A stretch of 64,000 bases of DNA from Tubiluchus corallicola (Eukaryota > Animalia > Priapulida): positions 186,001 through 250,000 of the forward strand of contig JAQGDQ010000037.1 in NCBI GenBank assembly GCA_030141605.1. Reading direction: 5' to 3'. The notes under the pieces were generated by a model. The model did not search any database. It saw only the letters and a list, made by a program, of their open reading frames with translations, and was not told the DNA's origin. This document shows positions 46,501 to 60,381 of the stretch, piece by piece. Every line of letters begins with the position of its first letter. Within the stretch, counting starts at the first letter, position 1. The translations under genes were made by a program, and so were the position numbers.

Positions 46501-48502
46501 CTGAGTTTGATTTGCGGTGCTGCACCAGAATAACTCTTTTCTGCGCATTAGTTGCGCGTAACACGACAGTCGTTAAACATTCAGCTCCAGCATGAAAACG
46601 TGCAAAGGTTATGAAAAATACAGAGACTACAGATTTTCAATAGTACAATCGGCGTTGGTTTTCCCAAAATTACCGATTTGCTAAGCCACGCACTACCCTA
46701 TACACGTCGTTAGTTTTTTTTATTTGGGTAGACTCCCAAACACTCCTCAAGGTTTGGGAGTCTGCCTTACCCCGATATGATGCATTTGCTACATGCAAAT
46801 AGTTTCTGAAAATCAAATATAGAAAAAATGGCAGCCAATCAAACACAACCCAGATACAGACGCTTGTAGTATCTTAATCTGAGGCGCCCTTAGAACCATT
46901 ATTTTTTTTATTTTAGAATGTTATGTAATGGAGTGTGTAGAACCGTTTGTGGCGTGTTCATCGAATGAACAAGACATGTCCAGTTGCATACAAATGCATA
47001 GAGCTTGTGGAACGAAATGCAGTATTCTTTCTGAAACTAGTGACAAATAGCTTGAATAAGATGTTATGCTACTCAAAAACATGTCATCATTATTTTCGTC
47101 GTGGTTAGCAGCTTGAATTTAAGTTACATGAAACAGATTTTTCTTTTTACGATCTTTTTAATTAAATTACAAAGCTGAATTTTAAGGTTAAGAACAACTG
47201 CATTACGTAAATTTAGCTATAAAAGGTTATACAGCTTCCAACGTGTTGTTTTATGTAGCAAATAAAGATAGAATTTCACTATAACGTAAAGAGTTAAAAA
47301 TTTAGGGGGCTAAGAATTATTCGTAAAAATATCTAGTCATTCTATGTCAACAGCATAGGATATGCTGAAATGCAGATGACCGTTATAATAATATGAATTA
47401 TTAAATGTGCATTTTTGTTCAAGGCTCATTAGATTTGGTTAGCTGACTTATTTTGGTTTCTGAAAAACTGAACGTGTGAGTAAAATGCGTTTGTGAAGAA
47501 AAATATCATTTCTTTAAAACAGTATTAATTGCATTGTGGTATCACAGAAATATATAATAAACTGTACAAAGATTAATTTATTAACCTAAGTAAATTGTAT
47601 AACAAATTATAAATAAAAATACAAGTGTGTACAATTAGACAAGAAAATGTTGAGCAAACGCACTTTAAATGCTGTATATTGTGCAGCACTTCAATTACTA
47701 ATCAACGGGCTAATTTACTATGTAAAATATCTATTCTATTCTACACCATTTTGAATAACTTTGTTACTACCCATCTGGAAAGCCACTAATATAATACCAA
47801 AATTTGCAAGTACTTTCAGGAAAGCAGATAGGGTTTCAAATAACGCGTTGAACACACACATACATACACACACACATATACATACATACACAAACTAAGA
47901 ACTAAAAAATGAAATACACGAGCATAACTAAGAAGAAAAAGGAATCATTTGGTTTGCAACTTTGATATTTATTGCTTAATCCAAATCAATTACATAATAA
48001 TCATATATAATAGCTACACAATTCTAAGCTAAAAAGAAGACTTTTACAATTAGAAATTATAAAACCTATCAAAGAACGATTAATAGGAGACATGGGGTAA
48101 AAAGTCATTTGGGGTAAATTTTCATCTGCACGGCTTGATTGGTGCAGGGCGGCTTTTTCCTACATCACTTAATGATGTAATATAATCAAATGCAAACTAT
48201 GAAGTTTTTACCCGAAAAAAGCTCTTTACCCCGTTTTACCGCAAATAAAATTGTGTACAGGCAAATACTTACAGAGAATTGATTAGTGGTTAATAATGAC
48301 TCAAACACAGCAATAGAAAAGTACCCAAAAACCAGGTGCAAGCAAGTTCGATTCTATGCAATTTTTAAACATAACAGTGTTCAAGTACAATACATACACA
48401 AAACCAAGCACAATGAATAGACGTTAGAATGTTGCATATAGAGAAAGAATAAATACTGTCAACAATTATAAAATACCACAATGTTTACTTTCTTAAAAAT
48501 GC

Positions 48503-48812
48503 AATTGGTAAATCAGGTACAAAACTACATAGTGCCTCTACTACTTAAATTTTGAACACTGTTTTTGTATCAGTCACATACATGTTAGCAAGGCCCAGAT
48601 TATGAATTGGTAAATCAGGTACAAAACTACATAGTGACTCTACTATTTAACTTTTGAACACTGTTTTTGTATCAGTCACATACGTGTTAGCAAGGCCCAG
48701 ATTATGAATTGGTAAATCAGGTACAAAACTACTTACTGACTCTACTATTTAACTTTTGAACACTGTTTTTGTATCAGTCAGTCATATACATGTTAGCAAG
48801 GCCCGGGATTAT
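48503..48812. repeat. Near-identical 102-bp tandem triplication
   Basis: AATTGGTAAATCAGGTACAAAACTAC starts at 48503, 48605 and 48707. Confidence 0.95.
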
Positions 48813-49147
48813 GATTTTTTTTTGGGGCCCTAGGCTAATGATATTATGGGGCCACCCACAGATGTAATCACCTTCTAACACGCCCGCCCACTATATTTTA
48901 GCCGATATTTACGTAGCTTGAAGTAAACTTACTGAAAATTCTTTAATTAAACAGAAAAGCTATCTTTTGTTTGTCAATAAAAATATTCTTTAAGAAATAC
49001 TACTGTTTTACTATTTATTGCAAACCAACTTAGCACATATGTCAACGCATACATAGTTGAAAAAACAGATTTTTTTACCAAGTGTTATCAAAGATGGTGG
49101 AGCCCTAGTCTGCAGCCTATACCAGCCCATGCAATAATCTAGACCTA
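48797..49147. mobile_element. hAT-type MITE (GGGGCCC subterminal motifs)
   Basis: CAAGGCCCGGGATTAT ... GGGGCCCTAGGCT ... GCCCTAGTCTGCAGCCTA ... ATAATCTAGACCT. Confidence 0.55.
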
Positions 49148-51034
49148 TATTATAATAAATTCACTTGATCACCACTGGGTAACAAGCTGGACTGACTAGT
49201 TATGCTTGCTGTCCTCTGCACAAGATTTAAAATCCCTTTATTACGCATTAAAATCCATCACAAGATAACAGAAAAAAGAAAATTTTACTATGATGCACAA
49301 AATTTGGACAAATAAATACATAAGACCTCTTACAAGCAAATAAATTTTAAAATGCTAAAATTGTAGGTACAATAGAATTAAATATATAAAAAATAAGAAG
49401 TACAGGGGCAAACACTTGATAATGCATGTTTTCTTTTAGACTGTTTCGGCTTAGTTAAAAAGTCAAACAGAAAGTGAAGTCAGTACATACACCTGTTAAA
49501 CCTCTGTGAACAGGCTAAATAAAAATGTGTTAAAAATAAAGGGCTAAATGCAAAAACTGAAGAGGAAAAACTGGATAGATCACGTAGAGACATCATATAA
49601 AGAAACTGCACTAGGGCTAGCAGTCTTGCATAATAAAAGAGGTAGTTAAAACAAAAAATGGCTCTAAATCTAAGAAAAAAAATACAAGCAAAACTTAATT
49701 TATCACTATCGGACCAAAAATTTTGGTCATGACTAAAATTGCACATAAGAAATCTAACCTACGTTGTTACAACTAAAATATGAATAGCAAAATTTGATAG
49801 CATACACTTAAGAAATATATAATAATAATAATGTAAGTATGAATACGATATAAAGATACACAACAAAGCGATTCAACATAAAATAACACTACTAGACTTG
49901 CTTAGTTCACTATAAAGTGAAGACTTTTCGATACAAATAGCTAACTATAGTAACTAACCCAGAATTCAAGGAAGTTACAAAACCACATGTTCTAAAACGA
50001 AAAAACTAATTGAAAGCATAATAAATGGATGCCCAAATAACAATAGATAATAATTCACCATGTGCATGGACAATTACAATGAAATGCGCCACAAAACCTT
50101 TAACAAAAATAATGTTTTTTTTATTTTAATATACAATATTTAAACGTGATTCAACTGTACAACTTTATACACTGAATAAAAATAACGCTAACTTACTAAG
50201 CATGCGCAACATATATGTATTTGGTTACTGTGATTTGTGCAGAAAAAAATGTAGCACAAACAGCAAACATACACAGTTTGCATATTTAAGTATACTGATT
50301 AATGACATAGTTTCTTTGAGATTTGTAGGGTAGACTCTAGTAATCCTACCCACTTTACCGAATATCTTAAACTGGCAAAAAGCCTTATCCTAGAAAGCTC
50401 AACTGCTCAAGCGACATATTCTAAACATTTCTTGCTAATAGTAACCAAATTCTCATTTAAAAAATTGTTGTAGTTAAAATGTTAACAAGAGAAAATGGTG
50501 AACACATAGGTTGCGAATCTAAAAGCGTTTTTCGTCTTACTGTAATATTTTTCAAACTATCGTTTGAACTAACCCAAACGAAATGTGGGTTAATTTTTAG
50601 AAATGTGCACATACAGTTTCTGAAACAGTGATTACAAAAATTAAATTACCAACTCAAACAAAATATGAGTGAACAGTCACCAATGTCAAAAAAATTTAAA
50701 TAATTAACACTGAACTGCAATTTAAATTTTAAATTTGATAAATCAGTTAGAGACCATCAATAACAACCGAAAGCATGGATTATTTCTAAGAAGAAAATAC
50801 ATTTTGAGAGTTCAAAAATGACAGTTTTTTACACAATTATATATTACCTGTTACCAATATAGATAGATGTGGCTTACACATGCAAAAGTGGCATAGAGTT
50901 TTTCTGTTACTAGTGTCCAAGGTGCCCATCAAGGAGGCAAAGTTAGCTACAAATGCCACATCAACAAGACTGCATTGATTTAAACTACAACTACAACCTC
51001 TATGCACCGCTATTCATCAAAGCCGTACACACAA

Positions 51035-51205
51035 CTATTGGTATAGGTTCCCAGTCATCAGACGCCTGCGTTTCGTTAGGGCGCTTTCAGCATAGTGACC
51101 GCCTATGCCCTGCGAGTGTTGCCCGACATACAAACCTTGAGGTGATGGTTCTGGGGAAGGGACAGGATGCTTGCGTTTCTGACCAGCGGGACTGTCCAAC
51201 ATTGT
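51035..51205 (-). CDS. RAVER1: Raver last coding exon with conserved C-terminal motif and NLS
   Basis: ttacag acceptor; [20 protein letters not shown]; TAG stop. Confidence 0.93.
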   Translation of the reverse strand, partial: TMLDSPAGQKRKHPVPSPEPSPQGLYVGQHSQGIGGHYAESALTKRRRLMTGNLYQ

Positions 51206-54200
51206 CTGTAAAGTGGAACAAAAATCAAATAAAATAATAGGCACTGAACTCAGGGCGTAGCCAAGGGGAAGCAAGCACACAAAAAAGGTACAGTGACACA
51301 TACCAAACAATTTTTAGCACATTCATTATTCATTACACATTTTAATTTTGTGTTTAAAATCAAAACACGAGGAAGTACATACTTGTCATTTTGTATTTAC
51401 AATTAAAACACAATGATTATGTAGAAAACAGTAAACTCAGTGAAATATTGCCTAATCCTAATGGCAGGCATTGATAATTACATTGTTTATACTTACTAGC
51501 TCAATACACATCAACAACAACAGATAAATAAACACTAAGTCTGAAAATTTTGAAGATCATTAAAATTGTTAAATATTATTAAGTAGCTACAGTTACTAAT
51601 TTTCTTTATTTACCTTCGCAACAAGCTATTTGCATACTCATTTTCGTACTAAAGTTATTATTAACTGACAAACAATTATTTCAGGTTTTCAAACGGACTG
51701 CTATAACGTACCTGTACTTTGAAAGCCGAGTATTGGTCGTAGGCACTTGGGTTAGCATTTTGCTGAAAAAGGAAATACGCTGAAATTTAATTTTCTTAGA
51801 AGAAATCATTTCATTGCGCTTATTCTAGAATATGTTTCGAGCAATGAATGTTACGCTTCGGTACAAAAATTAGAATTGGATACCATCTACAACTGTCGTG
51901 TGCAAAATAAATTATTATCCATGACTAGTGACATCACTCACCCACTATATTAACAACTGAGGCATAGGATCATCCCACACTATGAAAAGTGGCCATCAGG
52001 CAATGCACACAAACTGATACATCAAATCTTTACACACACTTCTACTTTAGTAGACAAAGCGTTTCAATTTCTAGTTTGACATTTTTAGTATGATAATTTT
52101 TAATTTTACACTATTGTTGCCACACTGCAAGCAATTTTCTTTTATGAGTTAAACATTTTTATACTATCCAACCATCTATCCAGAACTGCTTAACTCCTAC
52201 TAGTAAACTAAAATAATATGTATTTGACAAAAGTAAATGACTGTCAACATAGTAAAAAGATGCTAGATATTTGCTAGATGCAAGTGCCTTTGAATCACTA
52301 AAAATTAAATCAAAATGATGATAATCCTGAAAATAGTGTTGATGTGTTGATACACTAACAAACACTATTTTAATCAAAAATATGGAATCAAAAATAAGGT
52401 CACCACTATAAATCTAATTACTGCTACAAAGAAATTACATAAAAGTAGGACAGACAGAAACAGGTACTATATATTGTAATACATAAAGATACCTCTATTA
52501 AATGACTTTGCTCCAATGTTCCCTTTACACCATTTGTCTGAGCCATACTTAACGTGTTTTGTATTATAGCTTGATTTAAGCCTTTCTCTTGCGCATTTGC
52601 GCTACCGGCTGTTAGATTTAACAACAGTTTATGTGCATCTGTTAAACTTTGTGATGGAGACGTCGAAACAGGAGAAGCCAAGTGTCCCGGTATCTGTCCA
52701 ACACTAGTATAAGCACTGCCACTTGGAACTATACTATTAGCATGCGCTAACAATGGGTTTCCATTTAAAAATGCTAATGTCTCAGTGCCATTAACAGGTC
52801 CATGTGGTACATTATCAGAGCTAGGTAAACCGTGCAGCGTGGGACTGAAACACGTGGGGCTTGTAACCTGAGATAGTGAATGGAGTCGACTGACAGACTG
52901 CCCAAGAAACGGCTGACCAGTGGTCAAATGTGGAATGTTTGTATTAACAAAGCCAGCAGCAGCTGCAGCCGGATAACTAGTCAGTTGATGCGCAATTCCG
53001 GGCAAATGAATTGGCTTCATGATATTGCTATTCATTGCAGGGTTACCCTGCTGTTGTAATAAAGCGCTTATGACAGCTTGCTGAGCGGCAATAATTTCTT
53101 CGAGGTTACTCCCGGCCGTCGACTGCACTTCTGGTTGAGGTGGAGACAAAACTGGCACATTTGCAGTACTGGCATTTGTTAAATGTGTGGCACCAACAAT
53201 AACAGAAGAGGGTAGCACCATTCCTGCTGGTGCAGCCACTTGCGACTTGATGAGGTGTGATTTGCTGACTCCATTTTGTTTGTTTACCTGAAATACAAAT
53301 TCGTGAATAGTGTCTACTCTCATATGTATCTGACAGTTTTCAGAATGGCATAATAGCCAACTTGTGCTTGTATTTTTAAAATGTAAACTACTTTTAAATA
53401 GTATAACATAAATATTTTAAACGAGGATTTAGAATGTCAGTGCTTTACTACTCTTTGAAAATAAAAATGATGATGATGATGATGATGATAATGTATGTCG
53501 CCACCTGCAAGGTATCTACGTCATGTATTGTCAAACTAAATCATTTATAATTTAACATAGAACCTGGCTAAATTGTAGTCTAGCCATGGAATCAATTAGA
53601 AAGTTACTCTTTTTCAATTTAGAAGGTATATCTGAACATATTACTAAGTATGAACAAATAAATCATACGAAGTTTTTTATGTAAACACTTCAGTAAAAGC
53701 TTTTAATTTTCCAAGAAAGTTTTTGATATTTCATTGCGATGGCATTTTACTAACAGTTTGTTATCAGTGCCAGTTACTGGTTCTCCTTGATCTTACACTA
53801 TTGTCTATTTCAGCTCATGTGATAGTCATACCTAACCATAATCATACCTTGAGGTGTAGTGTACAGCCCAGTGTTCAAGGTGTCAAGATTGGTGGCCAAA
53901 GTTAAGACTGATACCGAGTCTGGACAGTGAACACCCTCCATCCTTGCCCTGGGGTTTCATTCGCCATTTTGATTCTACCTGTTACCTTTTAGGAGGAGGT
54001 GTATATACGCTCGAACATGACTAAGATATTTCAGTAATTCATCTCAGAGGCTTAAGCTTGATAATGAGCTAGGTTCTAGTCTCGCCACAACTATTATCTT
54101 CAAGTGGCTAATGGCTTCAAGTTATCTTCACATGCTAACAGGATTCCGGTTTTAATACATCAAATTTTATAAATAAATCTGATTTTCTATTACTGGATTA

Positions 54201-55244
54201 ATATAATCGCTCTTGGCATCATGAATTAATTGACTTTGTCATCATACCTGTTGACTAGGTTGAAGAGGCTTGGCCGATGATTGCACTTGATGTATTGCAC
54301 TGTTCATTAACATATCACTTAACTGACCAGGTATACTGGCTCTATGCTGCTGTGCTATACTTGCTGGCAATTGCTGCTGATGTAGCAAGGTTGGCATTTG
54401 CGGTAAAGCTGGTGTTGCGCTCTAAAAAAAACGTAAGAAAATGACAAAAACATTTAGGTAAGTACAGATAATTAGGTGAAACGACTCTATGTAGTCACTA
54501 TACACTTTAATTTTTCTCTGATCTTAGCAGCCTCCTCTTACACGAATCAAAAGGGATATTTGGCAATTCTTTTCTGTGACAAAGACAGAAACTCTAGAAA
54601 TCAGGTTCAAAATTAGCCTGGTATGAGGCCCTTCAATCACCAACTGAAGTTCAGCACCACATGGATCACAATGTTCTCTCATTATAAACAATGTAATTTT
54701 TCAACAAGGTGCAGCACTTTTTCGTCACTCACGGCTATGGGCCGTGAGAGACTACAGCAATGCTAGATCTCCGACTTGCCAATGGATTTTTCTCTGAAGC
54801 TATAGAGGTCCCTGAAGAAAGTAGCAAAAGCAGCAAAGCTTACTAGTACAGTAATTCTTTCCAGATTTTTGTCTAATTCGAATAAAAGAATTGGCCAATT
54901 CTTTAGTTCATCTGTATCAATTTTCATACATTTTCCTTTGTTTGTTAAAAAAATATAGAAAACGTAAAGTGTATAGTGACTTATGAGACACCTTGTATTA
55001 AGGTAAATACTTTCATATTTTATAAAGTTTAACATATCAAAGTGATCACTCTTCATAAAAATAAAAAATTATTTGAATATACCAAAGATTAATTATATCT
55101 GTAAAACTGCATTTCTTGTTAGAGTAAAATACCAGTGAGCATGTAATACAACGACAGTAATTATTCACATATCTGAAATGAAATAACTACTCAGTAAGGC
55201 TTACTGTAAAAGTATGGCATGTGCTATAAATGAGGAAGAAATAT

Positions 55245-55285
<41 letters not shown>

Positions 55286-58200
55286 TGTGTGTGCGTGTGC
55301 GCGCGTGTATGTATGTATAGGCATATATAGATTATGTACATGTGTTTGTGTGTGTGTGGTGTGTGTGCGCGCATGCATGCATGTGTATGTATGTATAGGC
55401 GTATATAGATAATGTACATAGGGACATTAAAAACACCGTATGAAAATACTAAATTTATAAATAACATTATTTGAAAAGGTTCTGTTTAACACATAAATTA
55501 ATGTCCTTGAATGGTACACATTTACTATACAATACGATCACATGATGGCAGCACTAGCCATACCACGTAGTCATCATATCTAAAGGTTCATGCAGTTTAA
55601 CTTTTCTCATGCTTGCTGCAGCACTGAGTAACCATCACATTTTTATTGGACAATGGACACCATTAGCTTTTAGGTAAAGTCATAGGCATTTACAATATAT
55701 CACAAGCTATAAATGAAAGTGATATTTTCTGCATGACAAATTATATAAATGATAATCTCATCTAATATTCACAACGTGTTAAAAAGATGTTTTATGTTGC
55801 CGAAACTTGCATCTAGCTATAACCTGTTTAACAGCATAATCATATAATTTGTATAACAGCAAGTATAGCAGTATAACATTATAGCTGTGTAATAGTTTTC
55901 AATAAGCCTTTTCACATTTCCAGGAATTGATGATGGCTGGAAAGCCCAAAAGCTCAAAAGTCAAGTGTACCAGACACTGCACTTGTGTACACTTGACAAC
56001 ACCTCGCAGCCCAAGCTATTGTAATAGTAACAGTTTTAATACTAGTTCATTTTTTCTTGTTCCTAAGCAACATCCTACTAATAAATCACTCTACACACAG
56101 ACTAATGCATAGTTAAGTAAAGTCCACTGAAGGTACTGAAATGATGTAGCAGACGACTTTGCTCTAAACACATGTCGTGTGACAGTTGTAGTTAAGACAT
56201 ATTGGCAACCGCACGTGCGCACAAGGAAACTGCGAAAAGGCTTATTCCTGTATAAAACATATTTTGAGTTGTTTAGCATGTGTCAGTTTGTTCAATATGC
56301 TATTAAATAACTTCTATATTCAGGTAATGTGTAAAAGTTACAAATTGAAACATCTCTGGGCACACTCTGCTTACCTGTAATAGCGGATTGTGCAATTGTG
56401 GTGGTAGTCCAGGTGCAATGTATGCACAGCTTCCTTTGGGGTTCAGCAACACATCTATAAAACAATTAAGAATAAAGATGAAAAAATAAAAATTAACACA
56501 AAATTTTTAATCAACTATTCATCACACACAAACTGTTATGCTACTGTTCAAAATGTGTGTAACGTTTTAATTTTAAGTTCACTTTACTAAAATTCAAGTT
56601 CATTTTATGGAAATTTCAGTTCATTTTATTGAAATTTAAGTTCATCTTACTATGTATTGAGATATTAATAATGATAATTAATAATTAATATTAATATTAA
56701 TAATTTTCTATCATCACCCATGTCATATTTGTGCCGTATCTGAACTTGACTAAAATTCCAATATGTAATGAATGGCAGGCATTTGCCTGCAGGTAAAGTG
56801 TAATGGCGCACTATAACATACACCTTGTGGAAGTAACCTAATGTTGTTTGTTCTCACTGTGTATACAGGCTGGTGTAAAAGTCCCGATAAGTGTATAATA
56901 AACACCAAATGGAAATGGTGCTATGTCAGCAAACATAACTTTGACCACAGTAATGACTACAGTAAATGATGACTCCACATGCCTCAAATTATGTAAATCT
57001 GTTTAAACTGGTTTCTTCAAATGGGCTACTAGAATTTTGATGAACGAACTGAGAAACTTAGTTTATACTTTACTGTTTAGCAGGCAGCTATCTGTGATTG
57101 GTCAAACTGGGTAATTCATTACCTACGTGAAATTATATCCCGACAAATGGCTCCTTCACTGCACAAAAAATACACAGTTTTTTCTTCATCAAATAAATCC
57201 TTTATAAACGATAAAAATTTCATAGTGCTGATGCTTATAGTTTGAAATGCACAATGTACTTTTAATGCGCATCACCACCAATTTTTAATTTATGCACAAC
57301 CAAGTTATGATTTATTTGACTAGAAACTAAAAATCTAGATGTCAAAAATTTCTATGCGTTCGTATCTAACAGTCGTCTTCTCACATTTTATAACAAATTT
57401 GGCTACTAAATCATTACAAGAATTATGCAGTGTAGTGACTTTCGAGTAATCTAATTATTTAGACACATGTATTGTATTGCTATGAAAAATACACACACAT
57501 ATTTTTTCCTTTCTGCCATTAGTGCATGTACCAGATGAACATTCTGACATTCCGAATTTGCTGTCACCAGATCAACAGCATTAACTGTCAACCAAACCGC
57601 ATGCATGTGCATGCACCTTTAGTCAATAAATGCCTACGAACATTTAAAGCTTGCAAGCATGAAAACAGACTATCACAGTTCTGCTGCTTTCACACTTGAA
57701 CACCCAGGCTTTTGTCACTTTCAGAAAGCAAAACGGTGCAGCTCACCCACTCACAATGAAGTGCCAAGAGTATATTTATGTAAAAGCTCTAAAGTAAATA
57801 ATGTATGACAGAAACTCTTGTGTGTCTAACATACGTCTCTTATTCATTCCAGCACTGGTTGATAGTCCTGTGGTAATACCACTGTAAGTTAGTAAAATAA
57901 ATTTCTGTTTCAAATATGTTCACAAGAGACTAGTTTAGTGCACTTGACGCTATTTTTTCACATTTCAATTAATATAACCATTGAGGTGACTGCATATAGT
58001 TCCTTATCAAGTATATAAGTTCAGCAAACACTTGGAAAGCCTTGCCTATCAAGTGATGAAGTTCACTACCTCCCGTATATTCAAAATTAGTGGACTACCC
58101 GAAAAGGGAAGTACTAGATAAAACAAAAACATATGACAAACATCCATCTAAAACATTGCTGTCTTTTTTTACTTCTCTGCAATCAACATTCGCCATATCT

Positions 58201-60381
58201 TACCGTCTTTTACTGTGCAACATCAGGTAGAACATAACATGTTATAGATTTTTAATTGTCTTTTTATGCAAAATAGCAACTGCAAAAAGCATTTTACGCC
58301 TGCTTCTCTAGCTCGCTATATGCAGTTTGCGTGAATAGCTAATAAGGCAAAATATTACCATTGATTCTATTGCTTTTGCTGCACGTCTAAGTTTACCTAG
58401 GTGAGAAATAGTAAACCCCAAAATGGCAAACTCATCATCCCATAGTACTTTTACAGCATCAAAAGGTCATAAAGAGCATCATATGTCAAGGAGGAAAAAC
58501 AGTGCTGAGGCACAGCGTTTTAGTTCTTAGGGGGCATACAAATGGAGAATAATATTGACAATAATATTGTACAATACCAATGACAATAATATTGTACAAT
58601 ATTCAGCATAGTATGTTATTACTGTTTGTGTGTTATGCCACGTTAGACTGATGTATGATTTGCAAAATATTTATTTTATTATATGCATATGCAAAAGCAA
58701 GCATTGATATTCACATTATAAAGGCAAAATAAGTGGTAGTTTACAGGTACTTCAAACATTGGGCACTTTACACAATTTGAAACTGCCAAGGATTAGTCTT
58801 GCCACTTGTAGAGGCCAGTCATTTTCGTATGTTGTCCCACAACTTTGAAACCAGCTATTCCTACATGTCAAAACGTCTCCACCATTCCTGTTTTAAATCT
58901 CATCGCAATCTGAATATTTTAGTTGTTTCTGTAAATTACAGTCACCTGACTTAATTTGGTTTTAATTTGTGTAGCGTAACATTTTTTTAGTGCTGTGATC
59001 TTACTGTTACTTTTTAACTGTGTAAAGTGGACTAGCCATCGGGGAAGTCAGGCTCATAAATTATTATTAATTATTATTATGAACAGCTATTTTTTATAAA
59101 TTACAAAATAAAGGCCAAAAGTAAAAGTTTCAAGCAGTCTGTCATTAGCATACAATCAGTGCATGAATTTTCTCTTTCTCTCTACTCATACACAATAAAT
59201 TCAGATCAACTAATACACAACAATTCGAGTTATAATGATTTCACAAGCAAAAAATGAAATACAAGTTTGACACAAGTGGAATACTAAATAAAAAGTGATT
59301 AATTAAAGCTAAATCTGTTTTTTTTGTATTCAAATTTGTTCAGAAAACTATTTGGATAACTAAGTGCAACTTTTTAACATTCAAAATGTTTGAAGTTTTG
59401 AGAATCAGTACGTCAGCTGTCAGAATATGACATAATATGGCACAATAATATTATAGCTGCGATGTTTTCGGTTTGTGAACATTTTTAGGCACACCGTAGT
59501 GCAATTGAAACATTACTGAAACACTGTTATGCCATTTGCATAAGCAATAAGTACATTTGCAGTCACTGGTGTCTATCTAGACTAATTGTCTCCCTACTGG
59601 CTTCTAATTACAAAACTTCTGCACACTTAAGAGGCTTCAACACTAATGAATCTCAGTGCAATCAAGTAAATAGATCACTGGGAAGCATTGAAAGACTAGG
59701 TCACTCAAGCAGAGCCAAACATCCAGTAATTGTGATACCATTAGTAATCGAATACTGATATATTTAAACTCAACCAAGCACATAATTGTTGTTGAAAGAG
59801 CATACAGATTATCTGTACCGATAACATGGTGTGATATCACATTTCTTCAAACTGACATTAATCGGCATCAATCTTAAAAAGCTGCTAAAACAATTTTGGA
59901 ATTTATAACAAATTAAACCTAACATCAATTTTATTAAAAAGGAAGTGGCAAGAATTTCAGGCTTTGAAACAATTTCATTTCAAAAACTCTTTTCAATGTC
60001 TCCAGCCACCTTCCTAGAGTTTACAAAGTCTTTCATACAATTTTACTAAATGCAAGACTCATCATTCATCAAATCTCAATATTAATCAGGATACACTGTC
60101 TCATAAAGTTAAATACAAGTGAAAACTTTACTACAGATGTGTCGGCGGAAAGCTAAGCCCCTGTGAGTAGTTACTAAGCTTCTTATGCAATTCATCTAAT
60201 CCTTGAAACCCCAAAGATGAGGAGCTAAACACTGACACAGATTGTCGACTTGTCTTTCCACAGAGACACCTTATGGTATAAAAAATTATTCAGTACATTG
60301 TTAACTTACTTCGTTTATTGTTTTGCGTGGTTTTTGTAGCACCGTGTTTTTGCAGTATGTTCAACAATGCTTGTTTAGTAG
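51035..60381 (-). CDS. RAVER1: Raver1/2 (ribonucleoprotein PTB-binding) ortholog, 3' part; exons 60310-60381, 56375-56454, 54248-54421, 52493-53287, 51712-51762, 51035-51205
   Basis: Phase-consistent chain of canonical exons; C-terminus [41 protein letters not shown] matches recalled RAVER1 [47 protein letters not shown] exons not found in window. Confidence 0.9.
51712..51762 (-). CDS. RAVER1: Raver exon ([17 protein letters not shown])
   Basis: ttttcag/gtacgt, phase 0-0. Confidence 0.8.
52493..53287 (-). CDS. RAVER1: Raver large low-complexity exon (265 aa; A/P/S/Q-rich)
   Basis: Core of ORF 52424-53323; tttcag acceptor, gtatct donor, phase 0-0. Confidence 0.85.
54248..54421 (-). CDS. RAVER1: Raver exon ([17 protein letters not shown]...PSQQ)
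   Basis: ttttag/gtatga, 58 open codons. Confidence 0.83.
55243..55400. repeat. (GT)n/(GA)n compound microsatellite
   Basis: Directly visible. Confidence 0.92.
56375..56454 (-). CDS. RAVER1: Raver exon ([26 protein letters not shown])
   Basis: tttatag/gtaagc, phase 1-0. Confidence 0.75.
60310..60381 (-). CDS. RAVER1: Probable Raver exon ([23 protein letters not shown])
   Basis: ttttttcag/gtaagt, phase 1-1, only one open frame. Confidence 0.68.
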
